This document shows positions 36,871 through 51,190 of a DNA stretch of 64,000 bases, piece by piece. The position numbers were made by a program, and so were the translations under genes. The stretch's first letter is position 1, and every line of letters begins with the position of its first letter. Where the stretch lies: assembly GCF_006345805.1 (NCBI RefSeq), contig NC_042997.1, forward strand, positions 56,296,001 to 56,360,000, in the 5' to 3' direction. The stretch comes from Octopus sinensis (taxonomy: Eukaryota). The notes beneath the pieces are model-generated. The model saw only the letters and a program-made list of their open reading frames with translations. It was not told the origin of the DNA and did no database searches.

Positions 36871-39344
36871 GATTTACAAGAGAAAACTCACATTATAATC
36901 AGATTCCATGAATTGCATTTTGAAAAGTGATTGTGTGATCGTTACCAGCGTTGCCTTACTGGCACTTGTGCCCATGCTAGTAGGGTGTGAAGAGCACCAT
37001 TCGAGCGTGATCATTGCCAGAGCAGCCAACTGGCTCCATGCCGGTGGCACGTAAAAGGGCACCATTCGAGCGTGATCATTAGCAACATTGCCTTACTGGC
37101 ACCTGTGCCGGTGGCGTGTGTAAAAAGATTCGAGCAAGGTCATTGCCACTATCGCCTGAGTGGCCTCGTGCTGATGGAACGTAAAAAGCACCCACTACAC
37201 TCTTGGAGTGGTTGGCATTAGGAAGGGCATCCAGCTGTAGAAACTCTGCCAGATCAAGATTGGAGCCTGGTGTGGCCGTCTGGTTCGCCTGCCCTCAGTC
37301 AAAATTGTCCAAACCATGCTAGCATGGAAAGCAGATGTTAAATGATGTAACTCTTCAGTGTTGTGAAACAAAGAATTGTCAGGATAAAACAGAGCTAATG
37401 ACTGTCAAACTAGGTGCTTAAGAAAATTGGACATTTCATTCTTAATGACCTGATACACGCACACACAAGGATGTATATATGCATATTTATATCTATATGT
37501 GTATGTGTGTAATCTATGCTTATCCCACCCCCCACTTGACAACTGCTGCTGGTTTGTTTATACCCCATCTCTTAACTTTGCAGTTTGGCAAAAGAGACCA
37601 AGAGAATATGTACAGGGGTCTATTTGCTCAACTAAACCTTTAAGTGTGCCCCAGGATGGCTGTAGTCAACTGAAACAATTAAAAGGACTGAAAGTAGGAC
37701 TCTTGACAATTGCAATAACCACTTTATTATACCTATATAATTCCAAATAATGATGGTTACTGAGAATGAAACAGTTTATTGTATATGTGTGTGTGTGGGA
37801 TTGTGTCTCCTCGTTACACTGCACGCTAGTTTTAAACAAATGTCACTACGTTGCTTGTTTGCAGTCTTTCATGAAACATATTGAACCATTGTGTTGTTCA
37901 TGTTCAAAGGAGGACCAAGGGGAAATATTACCTCACTTGGCAATAAGAATAGCTTCCAGCCATAGAAAATCTCTCGACAAATTTCACCTAACCATGCAAG
38001 CATTGAAAAGTGGATGTTAAAATTGTGATGATAAACATTAACTAAAATTTTTTGTAACACAGTACAACCATCAGTTTATCTACCAATATGTTTTACCTTT
38101 CTTCTATCAGTACTACAACCAATCAGTAAAGATCTACAACAGCCATAAAATAGGAAAAAAGTGAGAGAGAGAGAGATAATTTACTGAGGCTGGACCGTTT
38201 TGCTTAAAGTGATCAAGTTTAAATTAAAATATTTTGAATCTTTTGTTACTGTTTCTAATAGCAACTTAATATAGTAAGTTGTTATATTACTAAACTCAGC
38301 TGTATTGGTGGTTGCTTTCAAAATTAATTGAAAGATATAGATAGTTCATTTCTGTGAAGATTTTGAAACAAAAAGAATAATTTGATTGAACAAGCACTAG
38401 TTTTCTTAAACCTCAAATATTGTTTTAATATGTAATGCAAGCAATATTTTAAAGAATATGTTGTGCCAGAAGGATAATGAAGGATTAGTAAAGACAAAGT
38501 TATTTTACTAAATCTTGCCAGATTCTTCAGTAATTTCAGGATCAGTTAATTGGAATACAGGCAATGTTTCTCATTAAAAATATGGTCACAAAAGTATTAA
38601 ATGCTGCAATACTCATAAGAGTTGGTACTTGGTGTGAAGCAGAGAAGATATATAAAAAATACCCTCTACAATAGAAAGATAACAAGCCTGCTATTTCAAA
38701 TAACAAAGCTGGTATTTCCATGTAGGAATAAAGTTCTGCCAGAAAAGAAAAGTAAAGGCCCCAAGACAATTTTATACAGAAGGCCTTTGCATCACTGTTA
38801 ATGTCTTCATTGTCTTTATGTCTGCTTTTTCCATGCTTACATTATTTTCTGTGCCTTTTCTATTCTAGTATTATTTCTAAGACAGTACTCTAAGGCCAGA
38901 TGCCCTTCCTCACTCCACTCTTTGTTTTCAGATAAAGTACTTTATTCCGTCTTTGTTCATCAAACTGTTAAGTGGGACATTTAGTTTATGGAGTACATAA
39001 ATAAAATGCCCCACTGCCCAAGTGGTGACAAAAACATGTGAAACTAAATCATAGGCAGAAAACAGACAAACACAACAAGCTTCTACCAAATTTCACTCAT
39101 AAGGCATTGTCAGTCTAAAGCTATAGTAGAAGGCACTTTTTCATCAGAGGGATTGAAAATAAAAGCATTTGGTTATGAAGCAAACTTCTTAACCACTCAA
39201 CCATGTCTGATTATATTTCTGTGGAATTTTTTGACTTGTAGATGTGAGAAATAAACTACAAAATTTGCCTGTTTATGAAGCTATTGTTTTATAAATTTTT
39301 GTAGTGTTGGTTGCTCTGAGAGTGTAGCAGCTGGCAACAAAGGG

Positions 39345-40421
39345 CCTCTCGCTCAGGATGAAAGGTACACTGTATGATGCATGTGTATGAACTTCCATGC
39401 TACAAGGCAGTGAAACATGGGCTGTGACTGCTGAGTAGATGCGTAGGCTTAAAAAGAAATGAAGCTAGTATGATCTGCTGGATGTGTAATGTCAGTGTAC
39501 ATACATGACAGAGTATGAGTGCTCTGAGAGAAAAGTTGGGCATATGAAGCATCAAATGTGATGTGCACGAGAGATGACTGTGCTAGTATGGTCATGTGTT
39601 ACATATGGATGAGGACAGCTGTGTGAGGAAGTGCCACTCCCTAATTGTCGAAGGAACCTGTTGAAGAGGTAGACCCTGGAAGACATGGGATGAGGTGGTG
39701 AAGCATGATCTTCGAATATTGGGCTTCACAGAGGCAATGACAGGAGACCAAGACATTTGGAGATATGCTGTGCTTGAGAAGACTCAGCAACTAAAGTTAG
39801 ATCGCAGCCACGCTTGTCCAGCCCCATTAAGAGTACCCCTGATGCGTTGTGCTTGAGAAGACCTGTTGAGCCAAGTTAAACCAATATCATAGCTGTGGCT
39901 AGTGTCCCCTGACTGGCTCCTGTGCCAGTGGTACATAAAAAGCACCATCTGAATGTGGCCGATGCCAGTACCTCCTGATTGGCTCTCATGCTGGTGACAC
40001 ATAAAAGACACCAACCAAACATGGCCAATGCCAGTATCCCCTGACCGACACCTGTGCCAGCGGCACGTAAAAAGCACTATCCAAACCTGATCAATGCCAG
40101 GCCCACCTGACTGGCTCTCATGCTGGTGGCACGTAAAAGGCACCAACCGAACATGGCCGATGCCAGTATCCCCTGACCGACCCCTGTGCTAGCGGCACGT
40201 AAAAAGCACTATCCAAACCTGATCAATGCCAGGCCCACCTGACTGGCTCCTGTACCAATGGTATGTAAAAAGCACCAACTACACTCTCGGAGTGGGTGGC
40301 ATTAGGAAGGGCATCTAGCTGTAGAAACATTGCCAGATTAGATTGGGGCCTGGTACAGCTGCTGGCTCTCCAGACCTCAGTCAAACTGGAAAACGGACGT
40401 TAAACGATGATGATGATGATG
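39345..40421 (+). mobile_element. 5'-truncated RTE LINE with expanded tandem 3' UTR
   Basis: Degenerate HGSETWAV..LKRNEASM..GHVLHMDEDSCVRKC..GRGRP.KTWDEVVKHDL, then about 60-bp tandem units and a (GAT)n tail. Confidence 0.8.
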
Positions 40422-40455
40422 AAACTGCTTTAACTTATAATATTTCATCTTTCAG

Positions 40456-40625
40456 GTGAAGGAATGGACACTTGTGAGAAAGCACCAAAAGTTTATGGCA
40501 AAAATCTTAGAGACAAAGACGGAAACTATCCAGAATGGATGAATAATAAGCAAAAACATAAACAAAAATTAAGAAACAAAAGGATGAAAGCAAGGAAAAT
40601 GAAAAATAAAAAAAGAATTAAATAG
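40456..40625 (+). CDS. LLPH: Protein LLP homolog, coding exon 3 (stop TAG)
   Basis: ttcag|GT GAA... gives CEGMDTCEKAPKVYGKNLRDKDGNYPEWMNNKQKHKQKLRNKRMKARKMKNKKRIK*. D.DGNYPEWMN matches the conserved LLPH motif DQHGQYPIWMN and is followed by a basic tail. Confidence 0.9.
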
Positions 40626-43600
40626 TTAAAAAAAAATTTTTGATGTAAATTAGTTTTTATTTGCTCTTTTGTGTCATCTAACTTTGTATTATTATTCATT
40701 GCATAAATATACCAGATTATTAATAACTTCCACATGATTTAAGGGGCAAAAACAGAGAGAAAGAGACGTGATTTTTTAACAATGTTGCTGTTAACTTGGG
40801 TGATGTTTTAAATTATCTAGAATATGTTGAAACCAGTTTATAAGAGAAAATATATGGATTGTGAAGATGAGGTGGTCAAGTGATATTGTCTACTCCCTAC
40901 TACAAACCACTCCAAAAATGAACTCCCTAGATTGGAAAAGCAATCAGTTTGAAACAATTTCCAGATTAGTATCCCAAATTATCTAAAATAATAATAATTT
41001 GGAAATGTGTAGACCATTCCAGACTAAATAAAACAGTAACAGTTTTGAACCAATAAGGTCACTCGGTCTGCTAGAAATAACAACCAAATTGCCCTCAAAT
41101 TGCATTTATCTTTAAAAAATGGGGATGGTATTTGAATAAGGTAGACTTAGTGTCATATTAAAAAAGATATGGTCTTTGTTGCAGCCTTTGATTTTATGTC
41201 TGCTCCTTCAAAGCTGACCTGGGGCTAAACAGCAACATATATTGCTTCAGTCTTTTTTTTTTTACCATATTCTTGTTGGAATATACTGCCTTTATTTCAA
41301 TTAATTTTTAAGATGATGAATTTAGTAAAATAACTTGGTTGTTATTAAATAAATTAAGATGAAATTTTGATGGAAGGTTTTATTTAAATAATTTTAAAGC
41401 ATGAATTTTGTATCACAGGACCAGGGTTGGTCTCAGGCAGATTGGTATCAAAAAGGTTAAATATTTTTTTTAATAAATTTCATAACACTAGGTACAGACA
41501 TGTCTACATGGTTAAGAAGGATTTGCAACAAGAGTAACAATAGAAAATTGCTTCAATGAATCTCTTCTAGTCTATGCTGCATGGAAGAAGCAATAATAAT
41601 AATTTGCATTAACTGTACACAGCAGCCTATGATTAAGATATCATTTTTGGTTAGGTCATTATTTGTTTTATAGTCATATGAAAAAAAAGTTATGTCAAAT
41701 TATTTAAATAACATAATTTAATAAGGTTATTTTAATGCATTCATCTGCAGAATTTCTAAGGACACAGTATTCTGTACAAAAGGTCTATTTCTCATTCTTC
41801 ATTTTTGCCACCATGCTAGGTCCATATGAATTTCTTACTGTGGACATAGCTCATAATTATAATTTAGTTATTGAAAAGTAAAGTAGAAAATTAATTCATT
41901 CTCACATTTGTTAGGGTTTAATTCAAAACCTTCCAGCTTCTGTTACATATACAGAAGGTAACAATGTGTAGATGTACATCTTTACACTTACACATACAGG
42001 TAGATATATAATCATCAACATACTGATCTATTATTATATACATAAATATATATGCAGTTGTGTTACTATGAAGAATGTATCAGAACTTCATCTCATCCAA
42101 ACAGATTCTCTTTCAAATCAATTGTGTGACGACTTGGCTACTTTCCTAACTCAATCTATATCTTCCTAGTTGTTTCTTTCTAGAACATTTCCTTTGCCCT
42201 TATAGCAGTTAGTTATACCTATATGTCAATAAAAGAATCTGTAATTATATCAGATTTTTTTCTGTTAATGAAATCTCTCATAAGGCTTTGGTCAGCCATG
42301 GGGCTATTGTAGAAGACACTTACCCATGGTGCAGTACAATGGAACTGAACAACTTGATATCACTTGGTTATGGAACAAACTTCTCAATTACAATTATCCC
42401 TTGTACAAGCAACATGGGCAAATGGCTATGAAGTTTAGCCTCAGACTAATCCAAGCTTTATGGGTAGGATTAAACAGAAATTATAGAAGCTTGTCAGATA
42501 GATTGCACTTGTAATTCATAGGACAACCTTGTTGCACACTGTCGGGTCAATTCTACCTGAGAATTGCATTAAGGATATATGTGTTTACGGAATACTCTTC
42601 CACTAATTTACTTAATCTAACAGCTGAATGTTAAATCAATCATAAAATTATAGTCTATTCAAGATTTATCCTGTAATTGACTGAAATGGAGGGGCCTGTG
42701 TTATTTATAAGGTTAGGAGAGCATTAGAAGTTTTTTAGGTAGATGTTTATTGTATTTCACAATTTAAGATATAAGGAGGGATGTGAAACTGGAAAATACC
42801 TTGTTTTTAGACTTGGAAAGTATCTGAAAATGTATATTGTTCCTTCTATTTAGGATGGTGTTTGTACATCTGAACATAACAACTAACCTGAATATAAACA
42901 AGCACAGGTGTTTTAATTTAATAGGTGAAAATAGCTTGAATTTTTTTATATTATAGCTTTTGTGCTTATGCTTCATTTATAGTTCACTGGCTGGATCTAA
43001 TAAAATGAGGACAGCAGCATATAATTTTCAGCAGTCAGCATGCCAAATTTATGATTTTAAAGCAGAAGTTTTTACTTATTTTACATCTGCTTTCTATGCT
43101 AGCATGTGTTTGATGGGTTTTCACAGTCCAAGTTAGTTTTATAAGGGAGTCACTGCCCTTATAGACAAGCAAAGGGTTGTGTATTTCATTTTTGATTTCT
43201 ACAACTGGATAGCTTTCCTTTCAGCAACCAATTTGCACTGTACCAGGTGCATTTTATCATAGCACCAAAATTAGAGGGATTATATTCTCAGCATGACAGG
43301 ACTAGAACCTTTTGACCCAATACTTTCTCTGCTTCTTCACTAACCACTTCATAGAGTCTGCTCGATACATTTTATTGTAACACCAGCACAAAAGGGTTGC
43401 TATGTACTCCACAAAAGTACAGTGTATTCATTATACTAAGATGTGTGTTTGCTTAAGACAATGTGACCAAGGTGTACAAGAGGAAGTGATGACCAAAGAA
43501 AAGCCAAGATGGGCAGATGAAGGGAACAAGAACATGATGGTAGAAACAGAGACAATGGAGTGGTAACTGATGGAGTTTTATATTTAAAAAAGTGAAAATA

Positions 43601-46600
43601 TTTTTAATTTAACAACAGCAAATCAATAATTATGTTTTGATAGAATTAAAGAATATATTAGTTATATTAAATCTCTGAGCGAGATGTAAACAGTAGCAAT
43701 ACAGAAACGTGACATATAACGGCCAACCAACTGTGGCATCCCGCACGGGACAGTGCTACTGATGTTTATAGCCCCAGGAAGACATCTCTTCTAGCTGGCT
43801 AATAATATGCATTCTGTGTCCGATTAGTATTTGTGAGTGAAGGTCATTGCTCCCATCCCTAGCCTTACATGGACTCTAGTTTCTGGGTGGTTACCCGTCC
43901 TCAGTGTGTGTTAATCGCCAGCTAGTGATGAACACTCACCTCACTTGCAAAATACTATGCTTTTTCCATGAACCATCACTGATCTTAAAAAAGGAGAAAT
44001 AAGCTATATTAAATCTCTGCGCGAGATGGAAACAGTAGCAATACGGTATTGTAACATGATTATTGCCAACCAAGTGTGGCGTCCCACACAGGACAGTGCT
44101 TGAAGCCCAGGAAGACATTGTTAGCCAGCTGGAAGAGATGTCTTCCTGGGGCTATAAACGTCAGTAGCACTGTCCTGTGTGGGACGCCACACTTGGTTGG
44201 CAATTATATGTTACAAAAGACCATATTATATCCAATGAGAACTTTTCAAATACTTGACCACCATGCACATATGTATGATTGTGCCATTTTCACTCAAATG
44301 CTTTCAAATAACTATAATTGTTCTTGTGTACCAATCACTTGCTTCAGTTATTTTCTTGACCTTAGACCAACCACTTCGGCTATCTTGCATGAGGGTTTAC
44401 AAAATTGACAAAATTCTTACTGTGGATCACAATGTAATTGTTATTTTATGTCTACTTTTCCATGCTGGCATGGATTTGATGGGTTATCACTGGCCAAACC
44501 TGTTCTTATTTGGAGTTACTACCCTCCTGAGTCAGGGGCCATGTCTTGCTTATACATTTCATTTTTGGGTTGGTTTCCATCATAGATGCCTAACCTGTCA
44601 CCAACTACTTTTCAGAGTGTAGTGCATGCATTTTATCATGGCACACAGGCACTTAAAAGGTTGGTCTTATCCCCAGAAACTCTAAAGAATCATCTCTACC
44701 TTAGGCTGTCTTTGTTCACTTATTCACCAGCACAAAAAAACTGACTCAGTTTTCAGTTGATCAAAGAGTATGAGTTAGAGGGTGATAGTGGAAAGAGTGA
44801 AAGAAGCAAGTGGGGAGGGTGGGTTAAAGGAAGAACATGTGATGGACAGCTACATGCTGTTTGTTGGTAAGAGCTTTGAATAGAAATAGCAAGAGTAGTG
44901 TGGCGAGGGAAAGGAGTAAGTTATGTAATAGAACAAGAAGTACTGAAAGTGACAGAGTAATAGATACAAACCATGAGTGAGAGGGAAAGAAATAGTGATT
45001 GAATACATAATCCCATGTGCAACCATTCTTTGTTAAACAGTAGGAGAGAGAGGGGGTGTAGTAAGGAGTTATATTGATAGGGAGGGGTGAGTATAAACAA
45101 AGGGAGAGTAGAATATGATCTTAATGTGAGTGTAATAGTGGAGATGAACCTAAATGTAGATACTATATATCACGATCTCCATCCCACCACCACCATTTTT
45201 ACACTCATGTTTCCATACTTCTATAAGTTGTGTGGGGCATTTCCTGCACTGCACTTTACCATGAATCAGTAATTTGTCATCTTTTTCATGAGGTTCATTC
45301 TCTTGAGATCATCTATCATCACTTCTTCATCCTGTCTTTATTGGTGTCCTCATCCACTTGAAGTGCTTGGCACTTCTATATACAACTACACTTCACATGC
45401 TTATAAAAGCAGAGTCTTATTTCTAGCACAACAGCTGATTCCTCTTATATCGAGTTTTTTCTCTCAGCTCATTTGTACTCTGCCATTCAAACATACTATT
45501 ACACATCTGGTAGAATAGGCTTGTCTTATTTCTTTCAGCTTCCACAAATTCTGCCCATTCAAAGTTCATATCTTGTTACCATGCAACCTAGTACTTCAAT
45601 GCTTAAGTATCACACAATATGTCCTTCTCTGAGAGAAGACCCTTTAATATTAAGCAGAGATTTAGCTCCTTTAGATTATTTCTATCCTGTTCTTACTCTG
45701 GCAACAATGCTTTTGGAACACCCACTCCACTAAGCTATTTTGGTAAGTTTTATTTATATTTGGATATCATGGGCTCCATCGAAAATTGCCAATTTATTAG
45801 AACACATTATCGCAAGTTTAATTTCAGTCATGCTTAGCAATGTATTTGCTGCTCTATCATCCATTTCCAAGGAAATATTTATCACAACTGCGTAAATAAG
45901 TGCTGAGCATTCCAAGTGAATTGTACCAGTGGAAGGAGAAGGTACAATAAGATAGGGGATAAAGTGGTGAAGATTCATCTTGAGATTTTGCATCTCATGA
46001 AGGAAGTGATAAAGGACTGTGCTTATTGTTGAAACACAGTGATGTAGAAGACCCAACAATCAGTGAAAGCAGGGCAGAGTGTAAATAAAAAGTTTGGAAT
46101 ATAAAATATATATTGACATCTCGGTCTTTTGCTTATTTTGTACTTGCTAAGTCTCCACCCTGCTGTGATTTTTTTTTGTTTATTCAATACCCTTTCATTT
46201 CTAAGTCACTTCCCTCTTCACTATAGCATCCCACTCGGAGAATAAAACACTGGATCTGCCTGTATCCAATCCCATTTTACTATTATTTGTATTTTGCACT
46301 CTTTTTTCTCTTCCATGACATTGCTTGGGTAATGAGGGATTACACTGGATTTGTTAATATCCTACACAACTCTTCTTTTACATCTGTACTCCCTCTCTCA
46401 CTTGTATACTGACACCCAGCACTCTCTTACCAGCTAACATTATACCTTCATATGCTGCTTTCATTGATGTCCATCATACACACTCTTTCTCTTACCAGCA
46501 TTTAATACAACTTTCACCTAATATTACTTGCTCTCTCTCTCTCTCTTATCAGCATTTAGCACCTCCTTTTCATCATGACACCTGAGTAATGAGGAATTAC

Positions 46601-46654
46601 ATTAGATCTTTAGAATTTTATACACCACCACCCAGCTCCATCGCATGTCTTTTT

Positions 46655-47190
46655 GAGGCCCCCTGCAACTTTTTGTTTCAAGGCCCCATCCCTTCAATGA
46701 AAATTCATAATCTATGTACCTTTTATTCATAGCTATATTTTACTTTATTCTATCTGAAGTTCAATATTTCACGTTATTCTAAAGAACATCTTTAAAAATA
46801 CAAGTTTAATTTATTTAGGTCTATTACAAATTTCAATTAGTAAAACTTCCAGATATCAATAAAAGAGCACTTTTATAATCCAGGCAACCTTGAAAGACAA
46901 ACACAGCACACTTTCCATTTCACAAAATCATCGATCAGTTCAGAATAATCAAGCTGAGAGCTAAGTTTGTGTTCAATAGATGTCATAGACAATCCACAAA
47001 GTCTGGTACACATCTGTGGTACAATGTAATGCTTTTGCAGGTACAATGTATTAATGTTCTATTTCTTGAATTTTTCAGTTAACATAGTTTAATTCTTCTT
47101 CAACATCTCAACCAAAGTAAATAGTTGATTCATCTACATACTTTGATCTTAACACGGGGCCCCCTAACTGCAGGGGTTGCAGGGGCTCCA
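46655..47190 (-). mobile_element. Internally deleted hAT-type element
   Basis: RLCGLSMTSIEHKLSSQLDYSELIDDF (46924-47004) resembles the hAT C-terminal dimerisation region. Inverted GGCCCCCTGCAAC / GTTGCAGGGGCTCC ends. Confidence 0.55.
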
Positions 47191-49559
47191 CCACCTCTTT
47201 TTCTCTCCTTTATACAAATATACAGTTGAAATCAGTATCTCTCTCTCATCATGATCTGACTGATGAAAGATTGCATCTTATATGATTCCTCTTCCTCAGC
47301 CTTCACTCCTCCTTCCTATACCCATCACTCTCTTACCTTCATCATATCTTCTATAGTGCTAGCTTCTGCTCCCTTTTACCCAGGTCACTCAATATTGACA
47401 TCTATCAAACACTACTAACAATTTCATGACTATCTATCACTAGCACTCTCCCATTACCCACTGTTATTAGTCTCATTATACATGGCCATTATTTCTTTGG
47501 TGGAGGCGCATAGCCTAGTGGTTAGGGTGTTGGACTTATGAATTGTAGTTTTGATTCCTAGACCTGGCAACACTGTGTTCTTGGGCAAAACACTTCATTT
47601 CACATTGCTCCAGTCCACTCAGCTGGCAAAAGTGAGTAATCCTATGATGGATTGGCATTTTGTCCAGGTGGGGAATTTATACGCTATAGAAACCGGCCTT
47701 TGTGAGTCAGCATGACTTTTACTTTGCTATTTCTTTGCAAACTCTTTTCCACTTCCTCTCTTCTCTTCCACACTGTTATCCCAATCACCCTATCCCTCCC
47801 TTGATACTCTTGTCCTTTTAATCCTTTCACCCTAGTTCATATTTTGCAATTGCCCTCTCTGCTCTATATGAATAAAGAAAATGTAGAGCAGTGAGGACTC
47901 CTTGTGTCTAGCAGGGTATAGAACAATTTCACTAGTGCTGGTGCCACAATAAAATGCATTCTGTATATTCTGTTTTTAGAAAGGACATCCAGACGTAGAA
48001 AGCATGCTAAACTTAAAAACACATGGCTGCCAGCCCATCTACAAAGAATATAATTCTGAATTAAAACTCACTTGGACTATGACAACCTGGAAAGTGAGCA
48101 TAAAATGTATATGTATGGGTGTTAGGTAGATAAATATATACAGAGGTTGATAGACAGACAGAAAGTGAAAGTACAATGTCTGATCTGCACATAGAGAGGA
48201 AGAGCGATAGATACGCTGCGATATATATTCTGCAACCGTCACTCTCATTATTTGTACTTCAATAGCCTCCTACTACTTCATACAAAGTTTTTAAATACGC
48301 ATCATAAATTAAGTGTGATTATCAGGTCAGTAGGTTGCCAGAGTTATTGTAGTACCAGACAAAATGCTTTGCAATAATTGTTCCAGTTCTTTATTCTGAG
48401 TTTGAATCCCTCCAAGATTGTACTTACACAATTGATAAATTAAAGTACCAGTTACATATTGGGGTAAATTTAATCAATTTTCCCCTCTTCCCTAGTGTCA
48501 TGATCAAAACATCTTATCCTACATACTATTTATAATGGCTGGTATAGCTTGTCATAGCTATATTGATTTATTTATAGCGAATGTAAATAAATCAATGTTA
48601 TCCTGCTATTTTGTTAATCATGAACTGAATTTATAATTCTTTACAACATATTTAGCATTGGATATTATAACTTTTCAGATATATTATCAGTATTGATGAT
48701 GTCTTAGTTTTATTTCAAAAATACTTTTACTTTTGTATTAATTTCTATAAACATTTGTCTGTCTTACTTTCTTTTTTTTTGTTTTTGGAAGATGTGTGAT
48801 ATGCAAACAAGTGTTGAAACAGATGTAGTTGTATCTTGAGAAGGTCATTTTTGCCAACAAGTAACACACACACTGGTTCTCTATCTTTTTTTCCTATTAT
48901 TCATAGTCAACTAGTTAACCAATTACCTGACTGTGTAATTAATTATTCAGTCAATCAATAAACTGAGAAACTTGGAGGAATGATGGCATGTCATTGATAA
49001 GGTCACAAATGGCAACAAAAGGACACTAACAAATCAGCTGATTAACTAATCAAAGAATAAATTAGTTAATTGATCAACTAGTTGATTAATAATGACAAAT
49101 GATAGTAACCGTTTCAAATTTTGACACAAGGCCAGCAATTTTAAGAGAGGGGATAGTTAATTACATTGGTCTCAGTACTGACTCTAATAGGATGAAAGGC
49201 AAAGTCGACTTTGGTTGCATTTAAATAATAATAATTCTTTCTACTACAGACACAAGGTCTGAAATTTTGTGGGGAGGGAGGCAGTTGATTACACTGGTCC
49301 TAGTGCTCAACTGTTACTTATTTTATTGACCCCAAAAGGATGAAAAGCAAAGTTGACCTTGATGAAATTTGAATTTGGAATATAAAGAACTGGAAGAAAT
49401 GCCACACAAAGTATTTTGTCCAACATGCTAATAACTCTGCCTATTTGTCACCTTAATGATATTAATAACAATATTGTTGTATTTTGGGATGGCCATTTTT
49501 TTTTTGCTAAATAAACACACACACTATATATTTGTTCTTCACTCATTTATTACTGTTCT

Positions 49560-51190
49560 TATGGTTTCTGGACAGTTGGATTCATCTTACATGAGACAGC
49601 AGCTGATCAACACAAGCCCACAAGATGCTAATGCACAGACATTGAACAACTGAATGCAGGACAGTTTCATCCCCCTGCATGCATCTTGAGCAGGTCCAGC
49701 TGTTGGTGCTTCCATGCATGAAGAGCTTGTCTTGAACAGGCAATCCTCCACCCCTGTAGTACTGCTATGCCAAAGACTTTTGGAAATTGTCCATGGTCTT
49801 CAACTTAAAAGTCTTCTGGAAGAGACCATTGAGACTGTTCTCATTGATGCCAGAGTGAATCCTAGGCCATCATCACTCACATCTTCAACTAGCCCCCTAT
49901 AGAAATTTTTGAGCTTTTTTTCCCACTAACAGCTTTATCTAGCTGGTACAATGCATGGAGTGCTTGGCAACATACTAGATGCCAAATGCCCAACCTTGGT
50001 CAATGTTTGATCCATGACGGTAGCTCAGTCAATGAAATTTGTGGAAAGATATGTTGTATGGACTCCCACACCAGTCTACCCTTGTTTTCATCACTGTCAT
50101 TGATACCATCGCAGTGATTTAGATATTTCTGCAAGTGCATCAGCCTCAGCACATGGTGACACATCATCAAGGATATCAGCTCAAGATCCCCATAGTGTGG
50201 GTGGTGACAGCAGATGAATTTTCTGACCAGTGGAACCTGACCTTTCCATAAGAATCAAAAAACCAAGTGATCCAATATGGTCAGAATTTTCTTGGGACAA
50301 GGTATGATGGTTAGGCAGCAGTACATTACCAAGGTGAGGTATGCACTAACTACTTCTGCTCTGCCATTCAGCCCATTTGTGTGAAATTGGTCACCCTGAT
50401 CTTTCTTTCTTCTCTGTTCCTGGAGATCTGGTCTGAACCAGATTCTGGTCATTTTCATTGAACCCTCTGTCTAGTAACAGAAATCACCACTTGTCAACAT
50501 GGACTTGCCATGTCAAGAGCTTAGTTATAAATGCACCAATTTGTCCTGGTTTATGTATGCTCCAGTTCATACTTTATATTCTTTCAGTGTAGTGTTGAGT
50601 GTTTCTATATCTGATGAGTCCAACATGACAATGACGTTAGCATATGCAGAATCAGCTCTTCTGTGACTAGTTCATGCCGGGTACCCCTCAAATTCTCCAG
50701 TCTTCACAGAAAAGGCTCCAATGCCAAAAAACATAAAGCAGGGAGAGGGGGAGCTTCTTGGCAAAAATCTTAGTTAAAATCGTCAACTCAGTGTTGAGCA
50801 GAGTTATGGGCCTGAATCTTTCAATCACATCCCCCTCAGCAGATTCACCACTCCCTAACTCACATGACTGGGAATGCCCTGTGTGTTGCCAAAGGCAGTA
50901 CACAATTTCCAAAACAGGAGCAAGCAAGTCAGGCATATGGAAATATAGTTTACAGGGCAGACCATCCAATCCTGGTGATTTGTGTCCTACACAGTAGATC
51001 AGTACATCTGTTATTTCCTCTGTTAAAATTGGCATCTTGCAACATTCAATCTCCCTGCCTGATAGGTATGTCATACCTTCTAGGTAGGCCTTAAAACATG
51101 CTGTCTCAAGTATACCACTCCTCAGAAAGAGTTTGAAGTGCTGCCAAAACACAGCACACATGTTTAGAAATAGAGAGCACACAGCCACTG
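49560..51190 (-). pseudogene. Degraded L1/Tx1-clade LINE ORF2
   Basis: KSPGLDGLP..Y..FRPITLLNTELTILTKIFAKKL (RT start) and TCSRCMQGDETVLHSVVQC (C-terminal CCHC knuckle near 49640-49700). Confidence 0.7.

Noticed and set aside
39900-40300. CRISPR-like repeat-spacer array
   Set aside because: Eukaryotic context with no cas genes; the 'spacers' are homologous to each other and belong to the RTE 3' UTR.
43700-43800. Possible HDV-like or twister ribozyme in the GGCCAACC...GTCCC...GGGAC unit
   Set aside because: No P1 3' strand or complete catalytic core could be assigned by eye.
47505-47570. tRNA gene candidates (also at 57858-57930 and 63115-63180)
   Set aside because: A and B boxes are present but the cloverleaf is incomplete and each continues into SINE body sequence, so they are SINE heads.
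50611-50635. CTGATGA-GTC..GAC hammerhead-like start
   Set aside because: No GAAA follows stem II; it lies inside a decayed LINE ORF.
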